Shown here piece by piece: positions 28,182 through 39,332 of a stretch of 64,000 bases of DNA. The notes under the pieces were generated by a model. It was not told the DNA's origin, did not search any database, and saw nothing but the letters and a program-made list of their open reading frames with translations. The position numbers and the translations under genes were made by a program. Each line of letters starts with the position of its first letter. Position 1 is the first letter of the stretch. Source of the DNA: Calditrichia bacterium (GTDB lineage Bacteria; Calditrichota; Calditrichia; RBG-13-44-9; J075); assembly GCA_050633245.1 (NCBI GenBank), contig JBOEGD010000014.1, positions 1-64,000 of the forward strand. Direction: 5' to 3'.

Positions 28182-30314
28182 CTAGTCTTTCACATTGATT
28201 TCTACGCGTGCCATACCGGCGATTTTAAGAAAGTCCGATGCCCGAACTGCGACCGTGCCGTTCGTTTCCGGAATGCGTAGCTGATAACCAATGCGCAGCG
28301 GTGGATTCTGAAATAACATTGCTTGCTCTTTAGTGAGCTGTAGAAGCAGTTCGTTTTGCGCTGCTTCCGTAACGAAGCCCGTGACCGGGTCAATAGTTGC
28401 TTCAGTAATGGTAATTGTTTTTTCAAACTCCAGCTCCGGATTAATCGGGGCTTCATCATAAATACTTATTCGGGCCGGGTCGGCGCTAACGATTAGCCTA
28501 AACGAGGCGCCCAGAGGCGTATGATTAGTAAGTTGAACCGCCAGTTCAGCATTTTCAAAGTTTTCCTCAGTGGCCTCCTGCAAGTCATCATCAATATCTT
28601 CATCGAACAGTATTTCTTCATCGCCTTCCCAAATAGCTTCCTGAGAAATTTCGAACATCAATGGTGTTGCAAAACTATAACTGCCAGAGATGGCGGCATT
28701 TTGATTGATTTCAACATCTCCCGACCCACGAACATTACCCGAGGTGCGTATATCTGTTGGTAAAATGTTAAGCAGGTTAGCGATATCTGCTCCATCGATG
28801 GTTATAACTGTGGTTCCAGGTGCTCCCGGACGACCAGGGTTTATACGACGATCAGTAATCGCTACAACAGCCGAGTCTGTAATTCCGCCACTTTCCTCAC
28901 GGTGGTAGCCAACAACAAACAAGTCCAGAGCTAAGTTCTCAATATAAATCTCATTATTTAATACGAGCTGCAAACTCGCATTATTTAGCGAAATACCTTC
29001 TGGAAAATCGGAGTAGTCAACAAGGTCTTTTTCTTCGATCGGGTCGATATCAAATGTATCAGGAGACATAAATCCGGCAAATGAACGTAGATTAATATTG
29101 CGAACTGAGATATCCACAACTACTCGGTCACTCGATCGAACATGCAGGTAACCCTGTGGTGCTTCGGTAGTTGCCGTGTAGAAGACAGATAAGCTATCTA
29201 CATATTTGCCTGTGGGCTCAGCTATGCGCATATCGCTCAGATCCAATACCAACTGCTGCTGATCGCCCGGCTCGAGGTGCAAGTTATCGACAAAACTATT
29301 TCCCTGTGCATCCAGCAAATTGGGAATATTTACTTCAACATCCGTTTCCAAACCTGTTTCATTGGTAAAATCAAGATCGATAACCCCTGCATCCATCACC
29401 ACTTCACGCAGCTGGTGCTCCGTTTCAATTGCAAAGGAGAGGGTATCCGAGAATTCCTGTGGATCGATTCTGGCAATTGCCTCGTCGGCTACCACATCGT
29501 CCAGCGTTGAAGAAAGTTCAACCCCTGTAGAATCCAACATTCCCGAGCGCAGACCAAAGGTGGTTGTTTGTGGAACGGGCAGCGTGTAGCTTACAGTGAG
29601 TGGAGCATAAATCCAGCCATCCGGTGTTGTTAGCGGACTCGTTTCATCCACCGTATCTCCCGGCGCGACAGTAGTTGGGACGCTTACACTAAGCACTTCT
29701 TGTCCGGTGCTATCGGTAATCGTAAACTGCATTCCGTTTGGCGTAGCAGCGTTTGGTCCCAGTGAAAAAGGTAAATTATTTATAAACACGACGCGCATAG
29801 ATCCGCTAACAACGTGGATGCCAATAAAATCATCCGATTCGATAACCGTCGGATCCGGAGTGAGAGTCACTTCGGGAATCGTTACCGGGATTTCCAGACC
29901 GTCCTGTGCAAGCGCGCGCAATTCCGGATAAATCTGCCCCAATGTTACAGGATCACTTTCAATTACCTCCAGGCTGCCAATGTCGAGCTGCCCGACTGCG
30001 AAGTATTGCGTCGTGTCAATTGCGCCAAGCGTAAAGTCTACAGCTGAGACTTCTGTGGTATCCAGGTCGCCATCAAAGTTGATGTAAATCAGTGAATCCG
30101 CACCTTGCGCAACAATTGTAGAATCGTTAATTATTTCTTCGCCAAGCTTAAAAGTCTCCTCAGCAAACGGAACGTTTACCGTAACAGCCCACTGTGGAAG
30201 CACCGGTTCCTCGAAGGAACAACTGCTAAGCAGAGCCAGAATGAGTGCGCAAAAGATGCTGTAGAAGCGCAGACTAATTGGCGGATGGTTGGTCGAGTTG
30301 AATAATGCTTTCAT
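28182..30314 (-). CDS. Large acidic beta-rich lipoprotein
   Basis: Lipobox LSSC followed by P-x-LPQW; co-oriented with the downstream barrel. Confidence 0.7.
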   Translation of the reverse strand: MKALFNSTNHPPISLRFYSIFCALILALLSSCSFEEPVLPQWAVTVNVPFAEETFKLGEEIINDSTIVAQGADSLIYINFDGDLDTTEVSAVDFTLGAIDTTQYFAVGQLDIGSLEVIESDPVTLGQIYPELRALAQDGLEIPVTIPEVTLTPDPTVIESDDFIGIHVVSGSMRVVFINNLPFSLGPNAATPNGMQFTITDSTGQEVLSVSVPTTVAPGDTVDETSPLTTPDGWIYAPLTVSYTLPVPQTTTFGLRSGMLDSTGVELSSTLDDVVADEAIARIDPQEFSDTLSFAIETEHQLREVVMDAGVIDLDFTNETGLETDVEVNIPNLLDAQGNSFVDNLHLEPGDQQQLVLDLSDMRIAEPTGKYVDSLSVFYTATTEAPQGYLHVRSSDRVVVDISVRNINLRSFAGFMSPDTFDIDPIEEKDLVDYSDFPEGISLNNASLQLVLNNEIYIENLALDLFVVGYHREESGGITDSAVVAITDRRINPGRPGAPGTTVITIDGADIANLLNILPTDIRTSGNVRGSGDVEINQNAAISGSYSFATPLMFEISQEAIWEGDEEILFDEDIDDDLQEATEENFENAELAVQLTNHTPLGASFRLIVSADPARISIYDEAPINPELEFEKTITITEATIDPVTGFVTEAAQNELLLQLTKEQAMLFQNPPLRIGYQLRIPETNGTVAVRASDFLKIAGMARVEINVKD

Positions 30315-30487
30315 AGTATTCTTCCTTGAATTTTTATGATTCTTCCCTGAATCCTTAGTGCTGTTTCGATGTCAAAGACCAAACCGAAGAAACAGCACGC
30401 AACTCCTGACATTATCTACGACACGGCATGTTAGGACGTTAAATAATTCTTTTAAGGTACTCTTTTTCTGTGGGGTAACACAGACAA

Positions 30488-30521
30488 CAAAAAGCCCCCT
30501 GCCAAGGTTCTGACAGGGGGC
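30488..30521 (-). terminator. Rho-independent terminator
   Basis: GCCCCCTG/CAGGGGGC stem followed by TTTTTGTT on the minus strand. Confidence 0.8.
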
Positions 30522-30668
30522 AAAGGTTGATCAAAAGAATCACATTGGAGCATTCTCACAATGGAGCAGTTTTTGTGAGCTAGACGGTGTACTCTTTATT
30601 CTTAATTTCTAAGAAAATTTTGAACACTTTCTACATTTCTTTCAAAAGAGAACGACTTCCAGCGTATC

Positions 30669-32000
30669 TTAATAGCGGAATTCATCGCCTTTATGAACCG
30701 CAATGTCATTCGGAAAATAACGGTTATAAATCAAGTCACTAAACTCAAGCGCTTCCTTAGAATATGGATTTGTGCTGAGCTTATAGAAAAAGCTGTCTAT
30801 TAAGTTCGACGCATCTTTCCATGTTTCCGTGCCGTTAACGATGCTTATAAATTCATCATACTGCTTTTCCTGCTTCTTAAATATTCGCTTGATAAAACGC
30901 TTACGCTGCTTAACAGTAATCATTGTATTCAGATCACCAAGGTCAGTGCCCTTCATTTTATTACCAACCACATTTGCAAGATGCTCAGCGGCGGTATATG
31001 ACGGATCGCGCATTGTCATGCCCTTCGTCTCGGCAATAACCGGCAGTTCCTCTTCTTCGAAGGAATCACTATCATCCTCTTCAATAACCTCTTCCGGTTC
31101 AACCTGTTGCGGGACTTGAATTTCTTCTACATGCACAGCCGGCTTATCCTGCTCGATATCTTCGAGCGTCTCAACCGGAATCGGTTTCGGCAGCGGTTGT
31201 TCAACAGGGGTAGGTGCAGGCGTTGGTGTACTAAGTCGTGGGCTCTGACCTGTTCGAAGTAGAGCTTCCAGCTCAGTGAGGGTCAGTTTATCAGCGCCAT
31301 TATTGCCTTCACGTTCTACAAGTTGAGCGAAGTCGCTTAGATTGCGATCACGCAAAATCATACTGAGCATCTGAACGCTCATCTGCCCATTTTCACCTTC
31401 ACTGCCTTCGGAAATAAAATTTCCAATGGTTTTGATGGTCTGAAGAGCCGTCTCGACAGGGTTACGGGAAAAGACCTGCAGGTCGATGCCTTTAATCAAT
31501 TCTTCAAACTGAACCTGCGAAATTTCGCGAAGGTACTTCAGGTTAAAGTATTCAGTAAGCGCATCTTTGTAATACTGAAATTTATCGAAGTATTTGAGCA
31601 TGTCGTATACTTCAATCGTTGTAATAACCTTCTTATCCTTAAACAAAAATTGCGTCAGCGTTTGATGGGGACGGATAAGATAGTTTGCTTCCAGCTTAAT
31701 AGATCTTTCCAACAGTCGATTAAAACGGTTCGGATGAAATGTCGCTGTTTGCTTAAGGACATCAAAGATCTTGTCGACCAACATCTGAATTTCAGGTGCT
31801 TCGTAGTTGAAACGATCGCTATCGCTAAATTTTTCGGACTCTTCACGAAGCCAGATTTCGACTTCCTGATCGAAAAAATGCTTTACTGAATCCGGAATGT
31901 TTCTGGTGAAGATATAAGCCAGAGGAATTTGATCCATTGAAGGCTTAACAACTTCTGTTCGGATCTTCTGAATAATATTTTCAATAATTTGTTCAAGCAT
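30669..32000 (-). CDS. Hypothetical cytoplasmic protein (helical N-domain, acidic/Pro linker, small C-domain)
   Basis: 443-aa ORF with GGAG RBS; low-complexity PTPAPTP/EEDDSDS linker. Confidence 0.75.
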   Translation of the reverse strand: MLEQIIENIIQKIRTEVVKPSMDQIPLAYIFTRNIPDSVKHFFDQEVEIWLREESEKFSDSDRFNYEAPEIQMLVDKIFDVLKQTATFHPNRFNRLLERSIKLEANYLIRPHQTLTQFLFKDKKVITTIEVYDMLKYFDKFQYYKDALTEYFNLKYLREISQVQFEELIKGIDLQVFSRNPVETALQTIKTIGNFISEGSEGENGQMSVQMLSMILRDRNLSDFAQLVEREGNNGADKLTLTELEALLRTGQSPRLSTPTPAPTPVEQPLPKPIPVETLEDIEQDKPAVHVEEIQVPQQVEPEEVIEEDDSDSFEEEELPVIAETKGMTMRDPSYTAAEHLANVVGNKMKGTDLGDLNTMITVKQRKRFIKRIFKKQEKQYDEFISIVNGTETWKDASNLIDSFFYKLSTNPYSKEALEFSDLIYNRYFPNDIAVHKGDEFRY

Positions 32001-32297
32001 ACTGCAAACTCCAAAAATTTATCTGCATTTTCACATTCAGGTCATGCCGCTCCTGAACGTGCAAATATCGTTCCTCCTGAAGAACCTTAGCCACCTCTAT
32101 CCATGAGTGCTTATTGTGAAATAGCGTCATTTCGCATAAAATGTGCCGATTTTCGGGTATAGTTTAGCATAATACCGAAAGCGTGAAAATACATTCAGCA
32201 CAAATTCTGAAATTTAATTTTAAGAAAAGCCCGGCGATGAGATTGCTTGGAATGTGAGAAATGAGTAAAAATTTCTCACATTTTTATCAAAGGTAAA

Positions 32298-33029
32298 TCA
32301 ATCCCGCTGATTCAACATCAGTTGTTGATTTGCTTCCTGAACAGCAGTTTGAACACCAACTAACATGGCTCGCTTTACAATGCTCAGCCCCATGCAAATA
32401 TCTTCAATACGGGGAATACGCGCAAGGTATGGCAGGTGCTGATAACCGATCGATCCGTAGCAGTTTACACCGATCCCCAACTTAGCTGCCCCAAGCACCG
32501 CAGAATGCAGCTTATCTAATGCAACAAGTTCATCATTCGAATCTGCAGCACGGGTAATTTCCGAACAGTCAAACTCTACAAAATCCACGTCGATTCGATT
32601 CAACTGTTTTAGCAGATTTATTTCCGGCATTGCGAAAGCGGCAACGGAAATCTGACTGGCACGAAAATCGGACAGGACGCCCGGCAGGGTTTCCACCAGC
32701 GTATGAGTTGAAAGCGGTGATATAGCAATAGCACCGGATTGCGAGACATCGACAAACGTAACCATATCGGGCTTTATACCAAGCGCAATCTTTACCATTT
32801 GAGGGTCAATTGGAATGTGTAAATTGAGAAAGCTCTTATAAACTTTTCGCAGCGTACGAATATCGCTTTCCTTCAAACCACGGTCAGAATCCGCCAGCGT
32901 TACGGATATCCCGCTTGCGCCGGCAACTTCGGCCAAAATAGCATATTGAACCGGATCAAAGTCTGTATCTTTTAATACGTAGCGGAGAGTTGCAACATCA
33001 TCCACAGAAATCGTTAATCGCTTTACCAA
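32298..33029 (-). CDS. PdxJ (pyridoxine 5'-phosphate synthase)-fold protein, catalytic residues substituted
   Basis: Colinear with PdxJ (VATLR, DPV, AEVAGASGI, KPDMVT, LGIGVN, IPRIEDICMG, RAMLVG), but the N/H/H/R/H/E/H active-site residues are absent; AGGAG RBS + TTG. Confidence 0.8.
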   Translation of the reverse strand: MVKRLTISVDDVATLRYVLKDTDFDPVQYAILAEVAGASGISVTLADSDRGLKESDIRTLRKVYKSFLNLHIPIDPQMVKIALGIKPDMVTFVDVSQSGAIAISPLSTHTLVETLPGVLSDFRASQISVAAFAMPEINLLKQLNRIDVDFVEFDCSEITRAADSNDELVALDKLHSAVLGAAKLGIGVNCYGSIGYQHLPYLARIPRIEDICMGLSIVKRAMLVGVQTAVQEANQQLMLNQRD

Positions 33030-33051
33030 ATCGCTTCTCCTGATATCATCA

Positions 33052-33588
33052 TTAAATCACTTTGTCTTCCCAACGAGCAATATACCACCGCTCATCATCC
33101 CGCAGTACGTATTGGAAAACCACTTCGCCATTAAAAACAGGATCGGCTCCGCCTCCATCGAGGGTCAGCGTGAATGTAAGAGTTTCCTGAACACGGGTTG
33201 CTTGCCCTTCATCATTGCGTTGAAGCGTATCGGAACGTATAGGCTCGTTGAAGGTAATATCCAGCGTGTTAAAAAAACGGAACATTCGTCCCACGACTCT
33301 TAATTCCTGATCGCGTCCCCAATTGATCGGCTCCGGGGGAGACACATTAAAATTGGTACTCACAAAAATAAACGTTGAATCCAGCAGCTCACTATAAACC
33401 AATGAATCTTTAAAGGAATAGGCAAATGCAAAATTGAGTAATACCTCACCCGGGGATTTCTGTTCGGTAAGCAAACTATTTTGCCCGGCATTTTCATCGG
33501 CTAGCGCAGGTGCAAATGGGTTTGCACAGCGAATGACAATAAGAGCCGTAAGCAGCAAACCGATAAAGAGAAAAGAATGCTTTTGCAT
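33052..33588 (-). CDS. Lipoprotein (NTF2-like fold suspected)
   Basis: Lipobox IRC-ANPF; C-terminal WYIARWED. Confidence 0.7.
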   Translation of the reverse strand: MQKHSFLFIGLLLTALIVIRCANPFAPALADENAGQNSLLTEQKSPGEVLLNFAFAYSFKDSLVYSELLDSTFIFVSTNFNVSPPEPINWGRDQELRVVGRMFRFFNTLDITFNEPIRSDTLQRNDEGQATRVQETLTFTLTLDGGGADPVFNGEVVFQYVLRDDERWYIARWEDKVI

Positions 33589-33597
33589 ATCAAGTAC

Positions 33598-34173
33598 TCA
33601 ACGATACTTTGCGCGCAGCGTAGACCAGGTGCTGTCATTACCGCTAGTGGTTTCCAAATCCTGCCAACTCCGCACAAACCAATTTTCCTGGCTGGATTTT
33701 ACGACGCGCAAAATAACGCGCCCCTGATAGCGCTCTACGCGCTGACCGGTGCGCAGTCCGAGTAGAATCTCGTATTGAAAGCGCACCTCTTCCTCATCCT
33801 GAGTTATTGGCGTAAAAACCGGATCCCCATCTTCAGGCAGATTTAAAACCGCACTTTCAACTTGCTCATCCTGAACCAACTGCTGAAAGTAAGCAATTTC
33901 GCGCATCCGATCCCAATTTGAAAGTTCAGAAGCATCGCTACCCGCCCCGAGAAAAGTAAATAAGCTATCGAAACATTGTTCATAAGTTGAGGACAACTGT
34001 ACATCAAAAGCGCTGCGAATTTTTGCTATCAACTGTTCCGGATCTGACTGAGACGTCACCAGATTGTCTCCGGAAGTCGGGGGTTCCGGCATTCGGGTGG
34101 CAAATGGGTTGGTACAGCTACCAAGAAAAATAAGTAAGATGACACAATGTATTCCGGGCGATTTTACGCTCAT
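33598..34173 (-). CDS. Lipoprotein, paralogue of the 33052..33588 protein
   Basis: Lipobox LGSC-TNPF; WFVRSWQD; ATG 34173 preferred. Confidence 0.7.
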   Translation of the reverse strand: MSVKSPGIHCVILLIFLGSCTNPFATRMPEPPTSGDNLVTSQSDPEQLIAKIRSAFDVQLSSTYEQCFDSLFTFLGAGSDASELSNWDRMREIAYFQQLVQDEQVESAVLNLPEDGDPVFTPITQDEEEVRFQYEILLGLRTGQRVERYQGRVILRVVKSSQENWFVRSWQDLETTSGNDSTWSTLRAKYR

Positions 34174-34244
34174 AAATTCAATGTAATTCGTTATTAATTG
34201 CTTTTCCATAAAAAATTCGGCTTTTTATCGGAAAGAAAGAATAA

Positions 34245-36311
<2,067 letters not shown>

Positions 36312-36317
36312 ACGAGT

Positions 36318-36448
36318 AGAAACGGTGAGAAACAGTCAGAAATAGTGAGAAACAGGCAGAAACGGTGAGAAATGGCTAAATTGCCTTATTGCCTTATTGC
36401 CTTATGCCTTATGCCTTATTGCCCTTTTCACGTTTCACGTTTCACGTT
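36318..36448. repeat. Composite short tandem repeats
   Basis: AGAAA(C/T)(A/G)GTG-type 10-mers x5-6, then TTGCCTTA/TGCCTTA x5, then TTTCACG x3. Confidence 0.8.
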
Positions 36449-36488
36449 TTACTTTTCATCAATCAATCCAAGAACCCAGGGAGCAACA

Positions 36489-37217
36489 ATGTCCAAATAT
36501 ACAATACTTCTTCTAACAGCAATTCTTTACCTAAATCCAAGTGTCGTGACCGCACAAAATGCCACTCTCGATGGCGTGCATCTGTTTCAAACATTTCTAC
36601 TGGATGCTCCTGCTGCGCGAGATGCTTTTGGGGAGGCAGGGCTTGGATTCGCAGATTTTAACGGTGGTAGCGTTCTGAACGTAGGGGTGCAGGGAGGCGT
36701 TCCGATAGCAGAACGATTTGAGGTAGACGGGCGCTTTCAGTTTATCAATATCGACCCGGATGGCGGCAATGGGCAATCAGGCTTGTCCGACCTGTTCGTT
36801 AGCGGACGCTACAACTTCCAACGTGGTCCAACTCCGATCTCCGCTGGTATGTATATAACTCTTCCTATAGGATCGGATGATGTTGGGCAGGGCGATACGG
36901 ATATCGGGTTTTTCGGCGCCTTAAGACATCCAATCAATCGCACGGTCGTTTTAACTGCAACCACTGCACTCAACTTTAGCGATGGCGGCAATACCAGCCT
37001 GTTACTTGCCGGTGGTGCCATTTTTCGCGCAACCCGTGAGGTCAGTGTCGTTACAGAGTTCAATTTGGAAACCCAGGGCAACTATGCACTGTTAAGCGGT
37101 GGCATTGATTACCGCGCCTCGGGAGATACGCACCTACGCGGTAGTTTAGGGCTTGGGGTAGACGACGGCGCTCCTGATGTCTCAATTATACTGGGAATTT
37201 TAAAGTCGTTTAATTGA
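36489..37217 (+). CDS. Outer-membrane beta-barrel (MetA-pathway/transporter-like)
   Basis: AGGGAG RBS before ATG 36489; signal peptide; GLSDL, LPIGSDDVG, GLGVDDGAPD. Confidence 0.7.
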   Translation: MSKYTILLLTAILYLNPSVVTAQNATLDGVHLFQTFLLDAPAARDAFGEAGLGFADFNGGSVLNVGVQGGVPIAERFEVDGRFQFINIDPDGGNGQSGLSDLFVSGRYNFQRGPTPISAGMYITLPIGSDDVGQGDTDIGFFGALRHPINRTVVLTATTALNFSDGGNTSLLLAGGAIFRATREVSVVTEFNLETQGNYALLSGGIDYRASGDTHLRGSLGLGVDDGAPDVSIILGILKSFN

Positions 37218-37572
37218 GTCGACTAAAGGATAATCCTTATAAATAAGTTTTATTCCATCATTTTTTTTGTTATTATTTGCAAATATTCACTGTGCGATAT
37301 GCCGCACCTCCTGCGTCCCACTTGGTGATTTGACATATTTATTTTGTAGTAATTCACTTTCATGTCAAAGGATATCTGCTCGAAGTTGCCTTAAATCAAT
37401 TCCTTAGAGCAACTTTACCAGGCGACCCAATTAGTTGGTATGACAATTGTTTTTCTACAAAGTACAGTCTTTCAGACATTCGGCTTCAAACGAATTAAGC
37501 CGACAGGTAAAACGATAATTACCGAGTTGACAATTTTATCGGCACTAAACATAATTATCAGGAGAATTTTTC

Positions 37573-37986
37573 ATGGCAAATTACAAGATTGAAGACGTTG
37601 AGGGCATTGGCCCGACAATGGGAAAAAAGCTGCGCGCAGTTGGCATTAAATCCGTAAACGCCCTACTAAAAAAAGGTTGCACTCGTCAGGGACGCAAAGC
37701 ACTTGCAACGGAATCCGGTATTGATGACTCCCAAATTCTGAAGTGGGTTAACATGGCCGATTTGTATCGCGTAAAAGGCGTTGGAAGCGAATACTCCGAG
37801 CTGCTCGAAAAAGCAGGCGTCGATACGGTAAAAGAATTGCGCAACCGCAATGCAGACAATCTGCATGCTAAGATGGCTGAGGTCAACAGCACCGGACGTG
37901 CTCTGGTTCGCCAACTTCCCAGTGCCAGCATGGTGAAATCCTGGGTTGAACATGCGAAAAAACTTGAACCAATGGTGACTTATTAA
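37573..37986 (+). CDS. DUF4332 helix-hairpin-helix protein
   Basis: IEDVEGIG, KWVNMADLYRVKGVGSEYSELLEKAGVDTVKELRNRN. Confidence 0.9.
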   Translation: MANYKIEDVEGIGPTMGKKLRAVGIKSVNALLKKGCTRQGRKALATESGIDDSQILKWVNMADLYRVKGVGSEYSELLEKAGVDTVKELRNRNADNLHAKMAEVNSTGRALVRQLPSASMVKSWVEHAKKLEPMVTY

Positions 37987-38094
37987 AAAATCACCTGTCT
38001 GGATAAATGAAGAACAAAAAGTAAATTCGCTTTAATTGAAGAAACCGGGCGGATTTACTTATCAACAACGTTTCAACACAAAGGGGAAACAACA

Positions 38095-38535
38095 ATGGGT
38101 TTTTTTGACTTTCTAGTAGATGCAGGCGCAGACCTGTTTGGTCTTGGCAAGGACGAAGCTGAAGAAGTAAAGACACTGCTCACAACTGAGCTGGGCGAAA
38201 GCATTCAGGATCTTGCAGTAACGTTTGAAGGTGGTGCAGTAACTCTTACCGGTGCTGCCGATTCTCAGGCAACCCGCGAAAAAGCTATGCTTCTCGCTGG
38301 TAACATCAAAGGCGTAGAGCGCGTAGACGCAGACGGCCTTACTTTCCCGGAGCCGGAGAAAGTAGAAGAAGTAGATTTTTATACGGTTCAGCGCGGCGAC
38401 TCTCTTTCGCTTATTGCTAAGCGTCTCTATGGCAATGCCATGAAATATCCGGAAATCTTTGAAGCAAATCGCGAAGTGATTAAAGATCCCGATCTGATTT
38501 ATCCGGGACAGACACTGCGCATTCCCAAGCAGTAA
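38095..38535 (+). CDS. BON + LysM domain protein (Kbp/YgaU-like)
   Basis: MGFFDF, REKAMLLAGNIKGVERVD, YTVQRGDSLSLIAK...DPDLIYPGQTLRIP. Confidence 0.92.
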   Translation: MGFFDFLVDAGADLFGLGKDEAEEVKTLLTTELGESIQDLAVTFEGGAVTLTGAADSQATREKAMLLAGNIKGVERVDADGLTFPEPEKVEEVDFYTVQRGDSLSLIAKRLYGNAMKYPEIFEANREVIKDPDLIYPGQTLRIPKQ

Positions 38536-38547
38536 CGCTTTTTTCTT

Positions 38548-38582
38548 TCAGCCTGCATCATTCGATGCGGGCTGATTTTTTT
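38548..38582 (+). terminator. Rho-independent terminator
   Basis: TCAGCCTGCATC/GATGCGGGCTGA stem followed by T7. Confidence 0.8.
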
Positions 38583-38611
38583 GTAACACTTTTTTCCGAA
38601 CAGGAGACAGT

Positions 38612-39193
38612 ATGAACTTTGTAGAAGAACTAATGAAATCAATGGGCCCTGAAATCACCAAACAACTCTCATCCAACCTCAATATGGATTCCGGCGCAGC
38701 TGCCGCGATTATCCCGCAGGTTGTTCCGATGATTCTTGGCGGTCTAAAGCGTCAGAGCCAACAGCATGGTGGTCAGCAGCGCGTTGATCACATTTTGAAC
38801 AAATACGGTAGCGCCGACGTGCTGAGCAATCTTGGCGACCTCTTTAGCCAAAAGAAGAACGATTCTTCGGTAGATTCCAGCCTTGGCGGCCTTTTAGGCA
38901 ATTCCGGAATGGATGCCGAGAAAATGATTTCGAAACAATTTAATCTGGACAGCAGCATTGCTTCCAAGATAATCCCGATGTTAGCCCCGGTAGTGCTTGG
39001 CGCACTTACCCAGAAGCGCGATCAGGGTGGAGCAGGTTCCAGCGGTATCGAATCTCTGCTCGATCAGGACGGCGACGGCAGCATTCTTGACGACGTTGCA
39101 GGTTTTCTGCTTGGCGGTGGACGCCAGCAGCAGAGCAACAGCGGCGGCGGAATTCTCGGTAGCCTGCTTGGCGGACTCTTCGGCAAAAAGTAA
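38612..39193 (+). CDS. DUF937 family protein
   Basis: PMLAPVVLGAL, LLDQDGDGSILDDV, GGILGSLLGGLFGKK. Confidence 0.85.
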   Translation: MNFVEELMKSMGPEITKQLSSNLNMDSGAAAAIIPQVVPMILGGLKRQSQQHGGQQRVDHILNKYGSADVLSNLGDLFSQKKNDSSVDSSLGGLLGNSGMDAEKMISKQFNLDSSIASKIIPMLAPVVLGALTQKRDQGGAGSSGIESLLDQDGDGSILDDVAGFLLGGGRQQQSNSGGGILGSLLGGLFGKK

Positions 39194-39332
39194 TTGAATA
39201 TTTAGAACTTTCGGCGGGCATTTTCAGGCCCGCTGAGTTTAAGGCTGCTTCACAACAACGACCATCTCTTACTCTTCAACTTCACACCTTCAATCTCGAA
39301 GCACCTTGCAACACTCAATCAGGGGAAAAATT

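Noticed and set aside
32298-33029. Assigning the gene symbols pdxJ (here) and glgA (53547..55028)
   Set aside because: Fold homology is clear but the catalytic residues are missing, so the functional names are not supported
36372-36488. N-terminal extension of the 281-aa ORF (MAKLPYCLIALCLMPYC...)
   Set aside because: It is a translation of the tandem repeats; the RBS and signal peptide point to ATG 36489
37535-37543. GCCGATAA on the minus strand as a sigma28 promoter
   Set aside because: No TAAA at 15-16 nt spacing and no correctly oriented downstream gene
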